A stretch of DNA of 64,000 nt from Thalia democratica (lineage: Eukaryota), in NCBI GenBank assembly GCA_965202585.1, contig OZ241829.1:77810001-77874000 (forward strand), given 5' to 3'. Below are positions 1-12,121 of the stretch, one piece after another (position 1 is the first letter of the stretch; each line of letters opens with the position of its first letter). The notes beneath the pieces were generated by a model that was not told the DNA's origin, searched no databases, and saw only the letters and a list, made by a program, of their open reading frames with translations. The position numbers and the translations under genes are program-made.

Positions 1-1660
1 AAATAAACTTTAAAGTAGTTTTAGGCTACGTTTTCTCTATTGTCCTCATCAATCTCTTTTTATAATTTTTTTATAACTTGAACATAATTAAATGTAGTTT
101 ATTTAGTTTGTACATTATATCTTACTTAATGGTACTTTATGTTTAATATTGTTAATTTTGCTAACTGCGGGCTCTAGTTACCCTAAGTTACCCCCCCCAC
201 AAGTTACTTTTCAGCCAAAAACTTATCTTTATAAAAATGTGATAAGAAATTTTTAATGGTATTAGCTTACAACTAAGCTCATGATTTTAAAACTGCTAAG
301 TTTTATCAGGTTTTAGTGTTATTTTCATTTATAACAAAATGAAAATATATGCGATGAGGTAATATAATAATAAAGCAAAATTTTAAGATCATCTATACCC
401 TTATGCCTAACCAATCTTTTAAAAAATGTTTAATCTACACCGTAATCCCTAACCCACCGTACCAAAACATACAAAAAATAAACCAAAAGAAAAGTTTACT
501 ACTTAAAACTTGAGTAAATAAAGTTTTATTCAATCAGTTAAAGCGATCTTAGGTCTGCAGCCGACGCGTTAGTTTGTATATATTTAGTCTTTATATCGTA
601 ATGATTAATAATTGACCTATAAACGTTTAGATAGAAAACGTACAGCGCAATTTAAATGTGCAAGCCCAAAGATCAAAACATGAATATAAACTATTTAAAA
701 AGTTATGCAAAATTAAACGAAAAATAATATAAATGCAGTTGAAGTTTACATACATCATTATTGTAGTATAAGTGTTGACAGTTTATAAAAGAATTCAAAA
801 TGATAAATGAACATTATTAAAACTTTATAAACTTAAACTATCTTTTTCAATAAACAAAATTTAGTAAAAGCTTGATGAAACATTCATTAAACTTTTAATC
901 AAACTACTATAAGTACTACGTATATTTTAAGCCTACAAGAAAACTGAAGATAGATTTAAAAACTGTGTAGGCTGACTATAATTATCAATAATTAAATATT
1001 TACGTTTAAATACTCAATATTTCTTATATCCTTTCTTAAAATTATTTTTTTAAGTGAAAGTATTTGTTTTTGGGGATTTTGTTTAAACAGTTATTTTTAA
1101 ATATTGTTGTTTTTAAATTGATGCGTTAGGCTTAATGTAGGTAAATAAAATCAAAACATTTCGAGGTACGTTTTGCAAGTTGCCAATATTTAGTATTTTA
1201 AATAGGTGATAGTCTCTATGTTTCGATTTTAAAACTGACAAACTATGAGTGATTTATAACTAATATTTAGTTAAACATATTATTAACTTTACACTTTTAA
1301 TCAGTAATATGTTTTTATAACATTTAATATTATTGTTTTCTCAGATAAACAGTACTATTTTTTTAGGTTTTTTAATGTAATTTTAATAATATTCATAGAG
1401 AAAATTTAAATTTTTAAGGATAAACAAATTATGTGTTTACCAAATTTTAGTTAAACATCAAAGACATATAATGTTTTAAGTCTAAGTATAAGTATTACTT
1501 ACTTAATTGTTACTTTAAACTTTGCAAGTTTTTATAATAAACGTTTATAAAAATTTATATAATTTTCACTCACCTGTTATGTAGTTTTGCTTAAAATATG
1601 TTACATTTAATTATAGTTTTTTTGTTTTTAGACTAATTTTATCCCTCCAAAATATCTATT

Positions 1661-2647
1661 ATGCATAAAAAAAGCAAGTCAACTCTTTTTAATGTGCAAA
1701 AAGTTTTGTAGAAAAACAGATATTGTAACCAAGAAAGCTTCAGTGTTTTGGCTTGTGGAGGAGAAGACATAAATGGAAAACTAACAAACGAAGTTTTAGA
1801 ATTGGAAATTCCTAGTTTTAAAGTAAATAAATTCCCTTCAATGGCAGAACCGCATTACTATTTACGTTTAGTTAATACCAAATCTGATATACTTGCTGTT
1901 AGTGATAGAGCAGTTTCAAATAAAATTTCAGATGAGTCAGTTGTATCTGTCGAAATTTATTCTAAAAAATCCAAAACTTGGACTCATCAATATTTAAAAA
2001 TGAAAGAACGGTCTTGTTATTGTATTACTTCATTCAAGAATAAAGTGTATTTAATTGGAGGATATAATCAAAACAAGGAAAAATATCTTAATTCGTGTTC
2101 TACTTATGATATCAATAGTAAAACATGGAATGAAATAGCAGATTTAAATGAAGCAAGAAGTTTTATGGCTTGTGCAGTTTTTGAAGGTAAAATTGTTGTC
2201 ACTGGAGGCTACATCTATACTCAAGGAAAGTTGAAATCAGTAGAAGCATATGATTATTACGAAAAAAAATGGAATTATTTACCAGATATGATCGAAGTAA
2301 AATTTAATCATGCTGCAGTTAGTATGGGTAATAAACTGTTTGTTATTGGTGGAGATAAAACTACAAGCTGTGAAGTATTTGAAAGTTATTTAAGAAAATT
2401 TACAAAAATTAATTCAGAAATTAAACTTTTTGATTGGGAAATATGCCATTTTTCTGCATTTAGCATCGGAAATAGCATTGTGGTATTTCAAAATTTCGAT
2501 TGTTATCTGACAGAAACAATCATTTACTTGTATGATACTGATAAAGAAAAATGGTTAAACATTCAGTGTGATTTTACTAAAAACATGTCATATTCAAGTT
2601 TTGTAAAGTACTACACTTTATTGTCAGAAACAATAGAAACACGTTAA
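1661..2647 (+). pseudogene. K1: Kelch-repeat beta-propeller gene with an early nonsense codon
   Basis: ATG 1661 (MHKKSKSTLFNVQKVL*) hits an in-frame TAG at 1709-1711 where paralogs read TAT GAA (YENRYC). The frame stays open from 1712 to 2647 with Kelch motifs CGG, LIGG, VTGG, VIGG, YD..W. A downstream in-frame ATG at 1841 exists. Confidence 0.85.
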
Positions 2648-2904
2648 ATAAAGTAGTAATAAAAGCTATTTTCATTTTGTTTGATATAAACTTTAACCTA
2701 CTTTCGTGACTATTTTTTTGATTTTAGCTATAGATGACTTTGTTTCTTTTATTTTTATTGAAATATTAGTTTATTTAAAAACATTAATTTTTGTTTTAAT
2801 GAAGCATATTTGATAAAAATGTTATTAGTTTATATTGACTTTTAGTTGGTTATCAGAGTAATTATTTATAATTTGTTTAATGTTAGCTTATTAGTTTAAG
2901 TTTT

Positions 2905-3970
2905 TTATAATGCTTTATTGTTACCCAGACTAGGAGCCTCACTGGTTTCCTTCGAAATTGCCTCGGTTTCAGTCTCAACAATCTCATCGGATTCCAGGTT
3001 AGCAGTAGTCTCGGAACAACTTATTTCGGTGCGCAACCGAGTTCTGGGTGCTTTCAGGACTAATGCCTTTTTTAAGGGTTTTAAGGACATAATTATATAA
3101 TTATGTAACTAAATATAATGAAAATAAATAATGTTGGTTTATTATGTACAAATACGCAATGACAGCTCACAATAAGTATAGACACTTAATGTTAACAAAT
3201 AGAAGTAAATTGTGCTCCGGATTCCCCCCTTGACGTGTCACTGGTCTCAGGTCGCTCAACTTCTGGCATTCGACGTTGGTCCGTCTCGTTTGCAGAATCT
3301 TGCTAAACGTTGCGTGGTCTGTTTTCCTTTCCTTTCCATAATCGGAGCGTGGTGATAAAATACGATATTAAATAGGCACGATGATATAAATATGTATAAA
3401 TATTACAATACAAATACAATAGTGAATAAATGCGGTGATATAAATATATATAAATATTACAATGCAAATACAATAGTGAGTATATATTATAATATGAATA
3501 TATATAAACAATACGATATAATTAAACAGTATGAACTTGTTCGTAGAAGTGTAGCTAAGGTTGACGCCCAGTCTGTGTGGGTTTACTTGCTGAGATGGAT
3601 GTTCACTTAAATCTGATTGAACGCTGTGACTCAATCGTGGAGTCCAGCTTAGAGTATTTGATGAATGAGTACTTCCAGTACTTAAATTCTCGATGCCACA
3701 TAATGCGTGGGCTTCTTCGATTAGGTGGTTGTTGAAATCTTATTGCTTAAAGATTGACGATGTTATTTCTTTTGCGGAGCAGAGTGTCGCTTCGTGCTTG
3801 TTTCGAGGTGGATTGCCCGCTTCATGCTCTGATCGGGCGTATTTATAGATTTTGAATTCTTTTTCTAGAATTTTCCATAAATCACGCGATCTCTCATTTG
3901 ATTCTCTCATTTTCCTGGACTTTGGACTGTAGATCACTTGATCTCTCATTTTATTCTCTCATTTTCCCTT
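2905..3970 (-). other. GC-richer, coding-like degenerate insert of unknown origin
   Basis: Composition is clearly more GC-rich than the flanks. Short minus-strand ORFs at 2905-3090, 3368-3634 and 3740-3949. The TAA at 3740 is GAA in the duplicate near 50151. No recognisable domain. Confidence 0.35.
3383..3515. repeat. 54-bp period minisatellite, about 2.5 units (duplicate near 49790-49925)
   Basis: GATATAAATATGTATAAATATTACAATACAAATACAATAGTG starts at 3383 and recurs at 3437; a third partial unit follows. Confidence 0.8.
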
Positions 3971-5160
3971 AGCCACACCCATTAACAAGCAATTTCCAGT
4001 TCAATCAAGAAATCAAAGACAACAATCATTTTAACTAGCACTTATTTTGTTTGTGAAAAATAGTTTTTTCTTTGGAAATCAGTTTTACTATATTTATTCA
4101 TTGTTTTTTTTTAAAGAAAAATATAATATCAAGTGAAAAACATTAATTCCTTTAAATTGTAAAAATTTGGACACAAGGCAAAACAAGATTTTGCACAAGT
4201 GTCCTACAGCTTTATTAAAAGTATATTTAGATGTAAATACAACTCAAACCAAATGAAGTTTGTGGTAAAAGAATTTTTTCTATAAAACAAAACTAAAATG
4301 TTTTTGGAATGAATTCTAAGCTACAAAAATTTTCGAGGCAACAGTTAGACAGATTGTTACTTGGTTTTACTTTCACATGTAGGATTTAAATTTAATACCA
4401 ATTATTTAGTCACAATATACATGTCACAATACATACAGTTTCGATATTTTTACAATTTTTTAAACTACAACTTTTTTTTATCACTTTTATTGTAAGAAAA
4501 GTGAAATTCCAACATCAATGGTACTACAGAAAATTATATTTAAAAAAATATAGTTTTTATTTCTTCTACTTCGGTTTCATAAAGTGCACTTTTTAATCTT
4601 TCAGTCTTTTTATATATCGTTAATTTGTCGTAGTCATTTACTAGCACCCCCATTTTATGATGACATCTGTATAAAATTCAGAGCTTAAAAAATATAACAA
4701 AGTATATTAAATCTTTTTAAATTTTGTTTGAGTTACACTTTTACCAATTCTTTTGACTATTTTTTTTGGTGATTTAATATAACTTACATTCATAAAATAC
4801 ATTTTTGTTTTTAAATAAGCCTGTTAACTTAAGAATACATAAAAAGTATTATCAGATACTAGCTTGTTGTTTTAGTATTCAAAGAGTTTTATCGAGTAAT
4901 TTAGTAGTTATTTGGTAATGTAAACAATATAAGTTTCTCATAGATTATTGTTTTATTAATAGTATTATTAAAAGTTATTTTGGTTTTTTAAGTTCAACAT
5001 AAACTAAATAATACTTGTATTAAATGATATGATATTCTAGAGTAAAAGTTTTGTCTTTAAACCTCAAATTTTCAAAGAAATTAATTAGAAAAATAAAGAC
5101 TTTGGATATATTAAAAAATGTGTATGATAAAACTCTTAAGGATAGTCTAGTTAAGTCTGC

Positions 5161-5584
5161 AAATTTAGATGGAACAAAATAAATAGTTTAAATGCAGCAA
5201 GAGGTAGTGCTAAATGTACAGTTTTTGAAGGTAAAATTGTTGTTACTGGGGGTGAAAATAATTGGTATGTATTAAAATCAGTAGAAGCATATGATCATCA
5301 TGAAAACAAATGGACTTGTTTACCTGATATGATTGAAGAAAGAAGTAATCATGCCGCAGTTAGTATGGGTAATAAATTGTTTATTATTGGTGGAGCATAT
5401 ACTACAAGTTGTGAAGTATTTGACAGTTTTTCAAGAAATTGGTAACAATATTTTGGTTTTGAAATTCTATTTTAGCGAAACAATAGTTTACTAATATGAT
5501 GTTGATAAAGCAAAATGGTTAAAAGTTCATTGTGATTTTACTAAAAACATGTTTGACGCCAGATATGTTAAGTACTACATCTAA
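5161..5584 (+). pseudogene. K2: 5'-truncated Kelch fragment with a 66-nt internal deletion
   Basis: Starts mid-gene (AAATTTAGATGGAACAAA, ..WNK..LNAARGSAKCTVFEGKIVVTGG). Lacks the 66 nt present at 51875-51940 in the duplicate. Ends YVKYYI-TAA at 5582-5584. Confidence 0.9.
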
Positions 5585-5854
5585 CTTTAATAAACTGTAG
5601 TAACGCGTGTTTACAATAAAAGGGAAAGCTCATCAAGTTTATTTCATTTCTTGTTTTTGTTTTGTTTAACATTTTGTTTTAAAATACTTTTTTACTCTCA
5701 TATTTGTAAAAGATTTTTTTTATTAATAACTTTCTTAGAACTTTTGTTAAAATAAAGCATATATAAAGAAAGATGTGGTATATGAAATTATCATTTTATA
5801 AAAGTGTTATAAGAGTTTTGTTGTATAACTAACAGTTCGTAATATAGTATATAA

Positions 5855-5912
5855 CAGTGGCGTAGCGTGGTATTTTGGTCAGGGGATGCGCAAATTTTTT
5901 TCTCAAAAAATC
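5855..5912 (+). mobile_element. Single DNA-transposon terminus (hAT-like, CAGTGGCGTAGC)
   Basis: CAGTGGCGTAGCGTGG begins exactly where homology to the duplicate stops. CAGTGGCG-type ends are common in hAT-family elements. No second end or TSD is visible. Confidence 0.5.
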
Positions 5913-5920
5913 CTCAGAAA

Positions 5921-6581
5921 TTTATTCTGATAAAAATAAAATATGGACTCATAAATATTTAGAAATTGAAACAAATATTTGCTATTATGTTTGTTCATTC
6001 ATGAGTAAATTGTATTTGATCGGAGAATATATAGAAAACAGTCATAAAAGTCCTAGTTCATGTTATGCCTATGATATCAATAGTGATACATGGAACAAAG
6101 TAGCAAATTTAAATATAGCAAGAGATTGTGGTAGATGTACAGTTTGTGAAGGTAAAATTGTTGTTACTGGAGGTGTTAATAATTGGTCGACAGTAAAATC
6201 AGTAGAAGCATATGACTATCTTGAAAACTTTTATGACTTTTATCTGATATGATCGAAAAAAGAAGTCATCATGCTGCAGTTAGTATGGGTAATAAAATGT
6301 TTGTCATTGGTGGTTATAAAAATACAAATTATGAGATATTTGATAGTTTTTCAAGAAAATTTACAAAAATTGCTTCAGAAATAAAATCGTCTTATTATCA
6401 TTTCTGTTTTACTGCATTTAGCATCGGAAACAATATTGTGGTGTTTCAAAGACTTAAGAAACCCTTTCAACAAGAAACAATTGTTTACCTATACGATGTT
6501 GAAAAAGAAAAATGGCTGAATGTTAAGTGTGATTTTATTAAAAATAGGTTCGAATTAAGTTTTGTTAAATACTATGTCTAA
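5921..6581 (+). pseudogene. K3: 5'-truncated, frameshifted Kelch gene
   Basis: Begins at EIYSDKNKIWTHKY directly after the TE end. There is a frameshift near 6230-6250 (ORFs 5875-6252 and 6249-6581). It ends FVKYYV*. Confidence 0.9.
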
Positions 6582-7732
6582 ATGTGAAAAACAATTGAAA
6601 CGTGCGTACAACTCTGTCATATTAAATTTAGCAAAGTTTGTTTTATTTCATTTGAGTTAAACTTTGACACCGTATTCGTTTAATTTAGTATACTTATTTG
6701 TTTTACTGACAATATTAAGTTAAATTATCTCGTTTCCTATTTATTAAACAAAACTTATGTTATTAATTACATTTGAGTCTTTGTTACAATAAAGCAAAAA
6801 TAAATAAAAAACTGTCATTAAAAGTTAATTTGTTAGAACTTCGTAATATAATACTTAATTATTGTTAATCTCAAGTTATTGCAAACAATTGTATTGGATA
6901 AAGTAATATATGACATAACTAACGTTAATTTCTTATTAGAATATTTTATAGCATGATTAAAAGAATTCTTATTTTTTTTTAAATACAACATAAACCAAAT
7001 GTACTATGTAATAAGTAAAAATTTCAGAAATTAAATGTAAAAGTTTAAAAATTAAATACACCTATTGAAAAAAATTAGTTTAAAATATATTAGTAAAAAA
7101 GGTAGATATTCAAACAGGTTATGATATTCATATTTACCTTTTCATATAAATTTTAAAATTAAATGTTATGATTTTTTAATAAGTAGAAGTGTATTTTAAC
7201 CACATGGGTTTTTGATATTTGAAACTATATTTGTATTTAAAGTTTATAGTGATGTAATCAAAAAATGTAAATCATAGGTTGTTAAAATTTGTAAAAAAAG
7301 TTTCAGGTAGTTTATATGTTTTAATTTTGTACACTATTTGTTAACTAAATCTGTTTTTTATAAATGTTATATTATTTTCTTATAGTTTGAACAAGTCTTT
7401 CGTTTTCAATTTTCAAGAACTCATGTTAAGAATAAAACTTATATTTCAAATTTATTGATAAATAACTAAAGAAAAAAGAGGCTAGTTAATAATATATTAA
7501 TATTAGTTATTTATTATAAATAAAATTTTAATACAAAGTTATGGTGTTTCTTTCAAACTTAGTTTGTAAATTGTACTTTATATTTTTTTTATACTAAAAA
7601 GTTTTTAGTTTTGTATACACGAACATGTTAGTGGTAATTATTCTTAACTAATTTTAAATCAAAAAAATAAAAATAAAATCGTAAGCTGTAAAACAAGATT
7701 CCGATTTTAAGCTGTTTAATTGTTTGCTCCTC

Positions 7733-7838
7733 TAGCAATTTTGTTTCCTCGTGCAATTTTGGCTTCGTGCAATTTAGTCCCCTAGTGCAGTTTAGTAACC
7801 TTGTGCATTTTTGTCTTCGTGCAATTTAGACCTGTTCC
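7733..7838 (+). repeat. GTGCAA-unit minisatellite element, copy 1
   Basis: About 6 degenerate units of (C/T)GTGCAATTT..., ending GACCTGTTCC; related to 36502-36662 and 60266-60347. Confidence 0.75.
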
Positions 7839-8788
7839 AAAATAACTAAGTTTAATAAATAGGGTTATTTAAATGTTTAAATATTTTGCTTAGTTTTGAA
7901 TGTATGAATTAGTTTTATGATACAAAATATTAAATTTTGCAATTATTTAGATCCATAATCATCAAATAATGTAGAGGTAAATCAAAATACAAAGTAATAT
8001 CTTTGATAAAGTAAATTCTAATAAAGCTATAATTAGATTTAACAAACTTATTAACAATTTTAAGCTGTTACATAAATAAAATAATTTTATTAATATTAAT
8101 TAAAATAAGAAAAGTATCTGTAAAACTGAAACTAAAAAAAGTCTGATCACTTTTAGTCTAATAAAAAATATTTTTTTTTAAATAACCAAACAAATAAATC
8201 CTAGGTAATTTAAAGTTTAATCTTAAGATGATTAACAAGTATTGATTTTGTAGAAATTGCTTTACCTATTACAAGTTTAACATAATTTTGGTTATTTGTA
8301 ACTTTTTAACTTTACTCAAAAAGAAGCATTACTACTTTTTCCAGTAAAAACAACTTTTTAACATAAGTATTTGGTAATTAAAAGAAACACAGCTTTCAAT
8401 AAACTCAATTTTTTTAATTGCTTTATGTGTTTTTTTTCGGTTTTTTGTTTGTATGAAATAAGATACAACAAAATATATAAAAATTAAACACGTAGAAGTA
8501 AGTTAATTAAGCGTACTGAGATGACTAAGTACTAGTTTAATTGTTGAAATGTTTTTGCTGTGTATATGTTTAAGTTTTACGTGTGCAACGTTTTGTTCAG
8601 CGGACTAGGTGTGGTAAAATGTAATTATTAGTCAGCCAGAACGTCTAAGTTTCATTTGATACACGAGAAAAAGTAAATTATCATTGCCAAAATGCTAATT
8701 TTATATGACCTTTTTTAATTGTAAGTTTTTTATTTCTATTTATGTTTAAACAATAAATTTCTAAAGAGTTTCATACTTAAGGAGCCTT

Positions 8789-9364
8789 TATACAATTAAG
8801 ACAACGTTTATATTGAGTTTATTACTTAACAATTGTTTCACGCTAGATCGATGATCTCAAGTAAAAAAGTAAATAAACAAACATGCAATAGACAAACGCT
8901 TTATATAGTTTTAGATGAGTAATTAGTTGTTTAGGTAATTAGTTGTTAATTTTAAGTTTATTATTAAAGAGACTCGAAAATGCATTTACAGAAAACAACA
9001 AGCTTTTAAATTTAAGCTCAGAATTGGTGGAAAAATGTAGACATTTCACAAAATTTTATTTGAAGACTTAATTTACTGAATTTAAGTTCAATTTATCTAC
9101 CTTTGTTTTCGTTATATATCTTTGTTTTGTCTTTTGTTTTTTGTTATTATTTTATTTTACGTTAATGAATAATTTATTTTGCTGAAAATTACTAAAATTT
9201 AATTAATTAAATAATTACCGAAACAACTAATTACTCTTTTAAAACTATATAAATTGTTTGTCTATTGCAACTTGTAGTTTATTCACTTTTTTACTTGTGA
9301 TCATCGATCTAGCGTGAAACAATTTTTTAGTAATAAACTCAATTTAACTTTTGTCTTAATTATA
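8789..9364. mobile_element. Foldback/MITE-like element with about 155-bp inverted arms
   Basis: 8789-8942 is the imperfect reverse complement of 9210-9364 (e.g. TTGTTTCACGCTAGATCGATGA vs TCATCGATCTAGCGTGAAACAA). TA lies at both outer ends. Confidence 0.8.
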
Positions 9365-9429
9365 CTTTTTTTATTTCCTCAGAGTTAAATTTAACAACTT
9401 ATTTAATCGTTTATACTTTTATTCCTAGA

Positions 9430-11420
9430 ATAACTAATGTAAGTTTAACCTCTCCTGGCCGGATTTTACTTAAACTCTGTAAGAATTTTCAGAATGGCTA
9501 TATTCTCTGTGGTTCCTGAAGAAAGTTGTTGTAAAGTTGTTAGTTGTTGGAAAGTTGAAATTATTATAATAATTCACATTAGTCAAAACGCTACAAATGA
9601 TATTTCAAAATGTTTACTACTATGTTGTAGATATTTTATTAAACTTTTTTATACTGAAAATTTGTATAATTTGTCTTTTATTATCTAAGTCATTTTAAGC
9701 TATCAAAATAAGATTGCAAAATTATTTTTTCAGCTCAAGATACAACTTAAAATATGTCCTCAAAAAAAACTTAATTATTTGTTAGATTTCTAAATCATAT
9801 CATTCGTGCTTCAAGTTTTACTTTGTTTATAACTATAAGCATTTTTACTAAAAAGATTACTAAAGTTATAGATTATTATGAACTAGCGAGAATATAGCCT
9901 AATAATTTTTTTAAACAAACCGAAACAATGTAAACAAATTGATTTTGTGTATGATTTGTTTTTACTTGTTTCTTCTACTATTTTTTTTCTTTGTACATTT
10001 TATAGTTAGTTTAAGAAGTGCTTTTGCGTTAATTTTTTCTAATTTTCTAAATTCTTTAATGAAAAACTAACATAAAGATACTTTTTGTGGTTTTTTCTTT
10101 TTCGTGATAAACTATGTTTTAAACTTTTATGCAGTAACGTTTTTGAAGATATGCAGTAATAATATATTGAAAAGTTTAACAATAGCATCTGAGTATTTTT
10201 TATATGTTTCGATTAAATTACAATAGACTGATGTTTGTGTAATAATATAAAAACTAAATGTAATAATCATCAAGAGAACTAATCCGCTAATTTCAATTTT
10301 TGCTTTGTGTTAAAAATTAATAGTTTTTAATGAAACGGAAACTTTTTACTGTTGTTTAATGTGGAATATGAATTAATAATTAAAATTATAGATTTAATAG
10401 TTTACATTTTAAGTATATGTGTAAAAAGATCTACTTAATTATAAATAAATTTGGTCAACAAAAACATCGGCGAAAGTCTGCAGAGCAGAAGCTTGGACTT
10501 ACGTTTGCCGTGAGACAAGCTTTAGTTTAACGGAAGTTTTGATCATGCCAATTCGATCATCAGACACCATGTTTCGGTTGTGACTGATTGATTAGTCTTA
10601 ATAAGGACGAAAACGGTCTCAAAAATTATCACTATTTAAACATGAAATCCTTAAAACAAACAAACTAATAGTTAGATCAATAAATGCTAATCGAGCTAAA
10701 TTAACGCTCGTTAAACCAAAATATATTTTCGTCAAAATATTAACATTTTTAAGTTGTAGTCAAATAATTTTATAAATTATTAGAACAAAATAGTGACAAT
10801 CCTTGAAAACTTTAATCTAAAATAGTCAATTATAAAGTACTTTTCAATTTTTAAAATTATTAGATATAATTAACGAACTATTTATATTCGAAACCAGTTC
10901 ATCAACTTGTTGTTTATAGAAGAATCAAAAAAATATATATTGTTAAATAATTTTTAGTTAACATACTTTTTTTCAAAAATAAACTTTTAAAGCTTTATTA
11001 AACTTCTGTTTTTAATCTGTTTTATATTATCGATTATTTGATTCGTACACAACTAATTTCTTAAAAAGTTTAAACTTGAGACAGTCGAAATTTCCATAAT
11101 AACCTTCAATATATTGGTATAAATTACCAAAATAAAACTTTTATTTAAATGAAAATAAGTTTTTTATCAACAGTGTACAGCTTTTACTACAGGGATATGT
11201 ATAAAAGATTTTGTAAGTTGTAAAAATTTTCTGTTGGTAACTAGTAATCAATTTGAGCTAACAAAGAAAATATCGTACTTAAAACATATTAAAAAAATAT
11301 TGGTTAAGTCACTTATGCTAAATTTTTAGTATACCATTATTGGAAATTTAAAGCTTAAAGTTTATGCTTGGCTGTAGCTAAATAGAAATTGTAATCGGGT
11401 TTTACCACTTGAAAAAAGTA
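9430..11420. repeat. Non-coding block duplicated in inverted orientation at 29640-31450
   Basis: 10471-10560 is the reverse complement of 30545-30655, and 11161-11285 of 29825-29950. Colinear inverted similarity continues towards about 9600/31400. Outer boundaries are approximate. Confidence 0.8.
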
Positions 11421-12121
11421 TTAACTTTAAAACTAATAATTTTAAATTCTGTAACTTCGTTTGTAAATTATCAACTTATGCATTTCCTACACAAATTAAA
11501 ATACTTAAGTATTCTTGTCCACAATATCTGTTTTCATATATAACTGTTGGTACTTGAATGTTGACTTATACTTTTCTTATCATTATAAATATAAACACTA
11601 ATTATTTATGTTACATCTTTTTGAATAAAATTCGCTTCAGTAAGTTTATTTTTGTATTTGATAAACTTAACTACTAATTTTTCTTATTATCAATTTTTAT
11701 ATAATAGGCAAATTATTTTTTGTTTCAGAATCAAACTTAAACTGGTTTATACTTTACAGAAAAAGTTAAACATATTTTAAAAATAAAAACTAATAGAATA
11801 TTTATATATATTTATTTATTTGCTAACAATATCACCATAAACAATTTAACAATACACACCAGACGAAATTAAGAAATAGTAACAATTTATTGAATATGTA
11901 TTAAAACAAAAATTAGAGCTTATTACCAAAAATAGTTTTGTGATATTCATTAAAACAAAAACAAAAAAGTGATTTAAAATTAAACTTAAGTATAGCAATC
12001 AAAGTAGGTTACAAGTTTTGGATAGAACTGAAACAAAATGAAATCATCTCAAAATAATTTCTTCTTTATTTTTTTAAACTTGTTAATAAATGTTCTATTA
12101 GTGCTAGTACTTTAAAAATTA

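Larger units (their letters stand above)
1..5854 (+). repeat. Copy A of a recent direct segmental duplication (partner 46416-52354)
   Basis: Position 1 AAATAAACTTTAAAGTAG recurs at 46416. Colinear near-identity continues through K1/K11, the GC-richer insert and K2/K12. It ends at 5854, where CAGTGGCG interrupts; the partner continues TATAATTATATTGATC at about 52351. Confidence 0.95.

Noticed and set aside
3392-3610. 72-aa plus-strand ORF and the repeat-derived part of the 88-aa minus ORF
   Set aside because: They largely translate the 54-bp AT-rich minisatellite.
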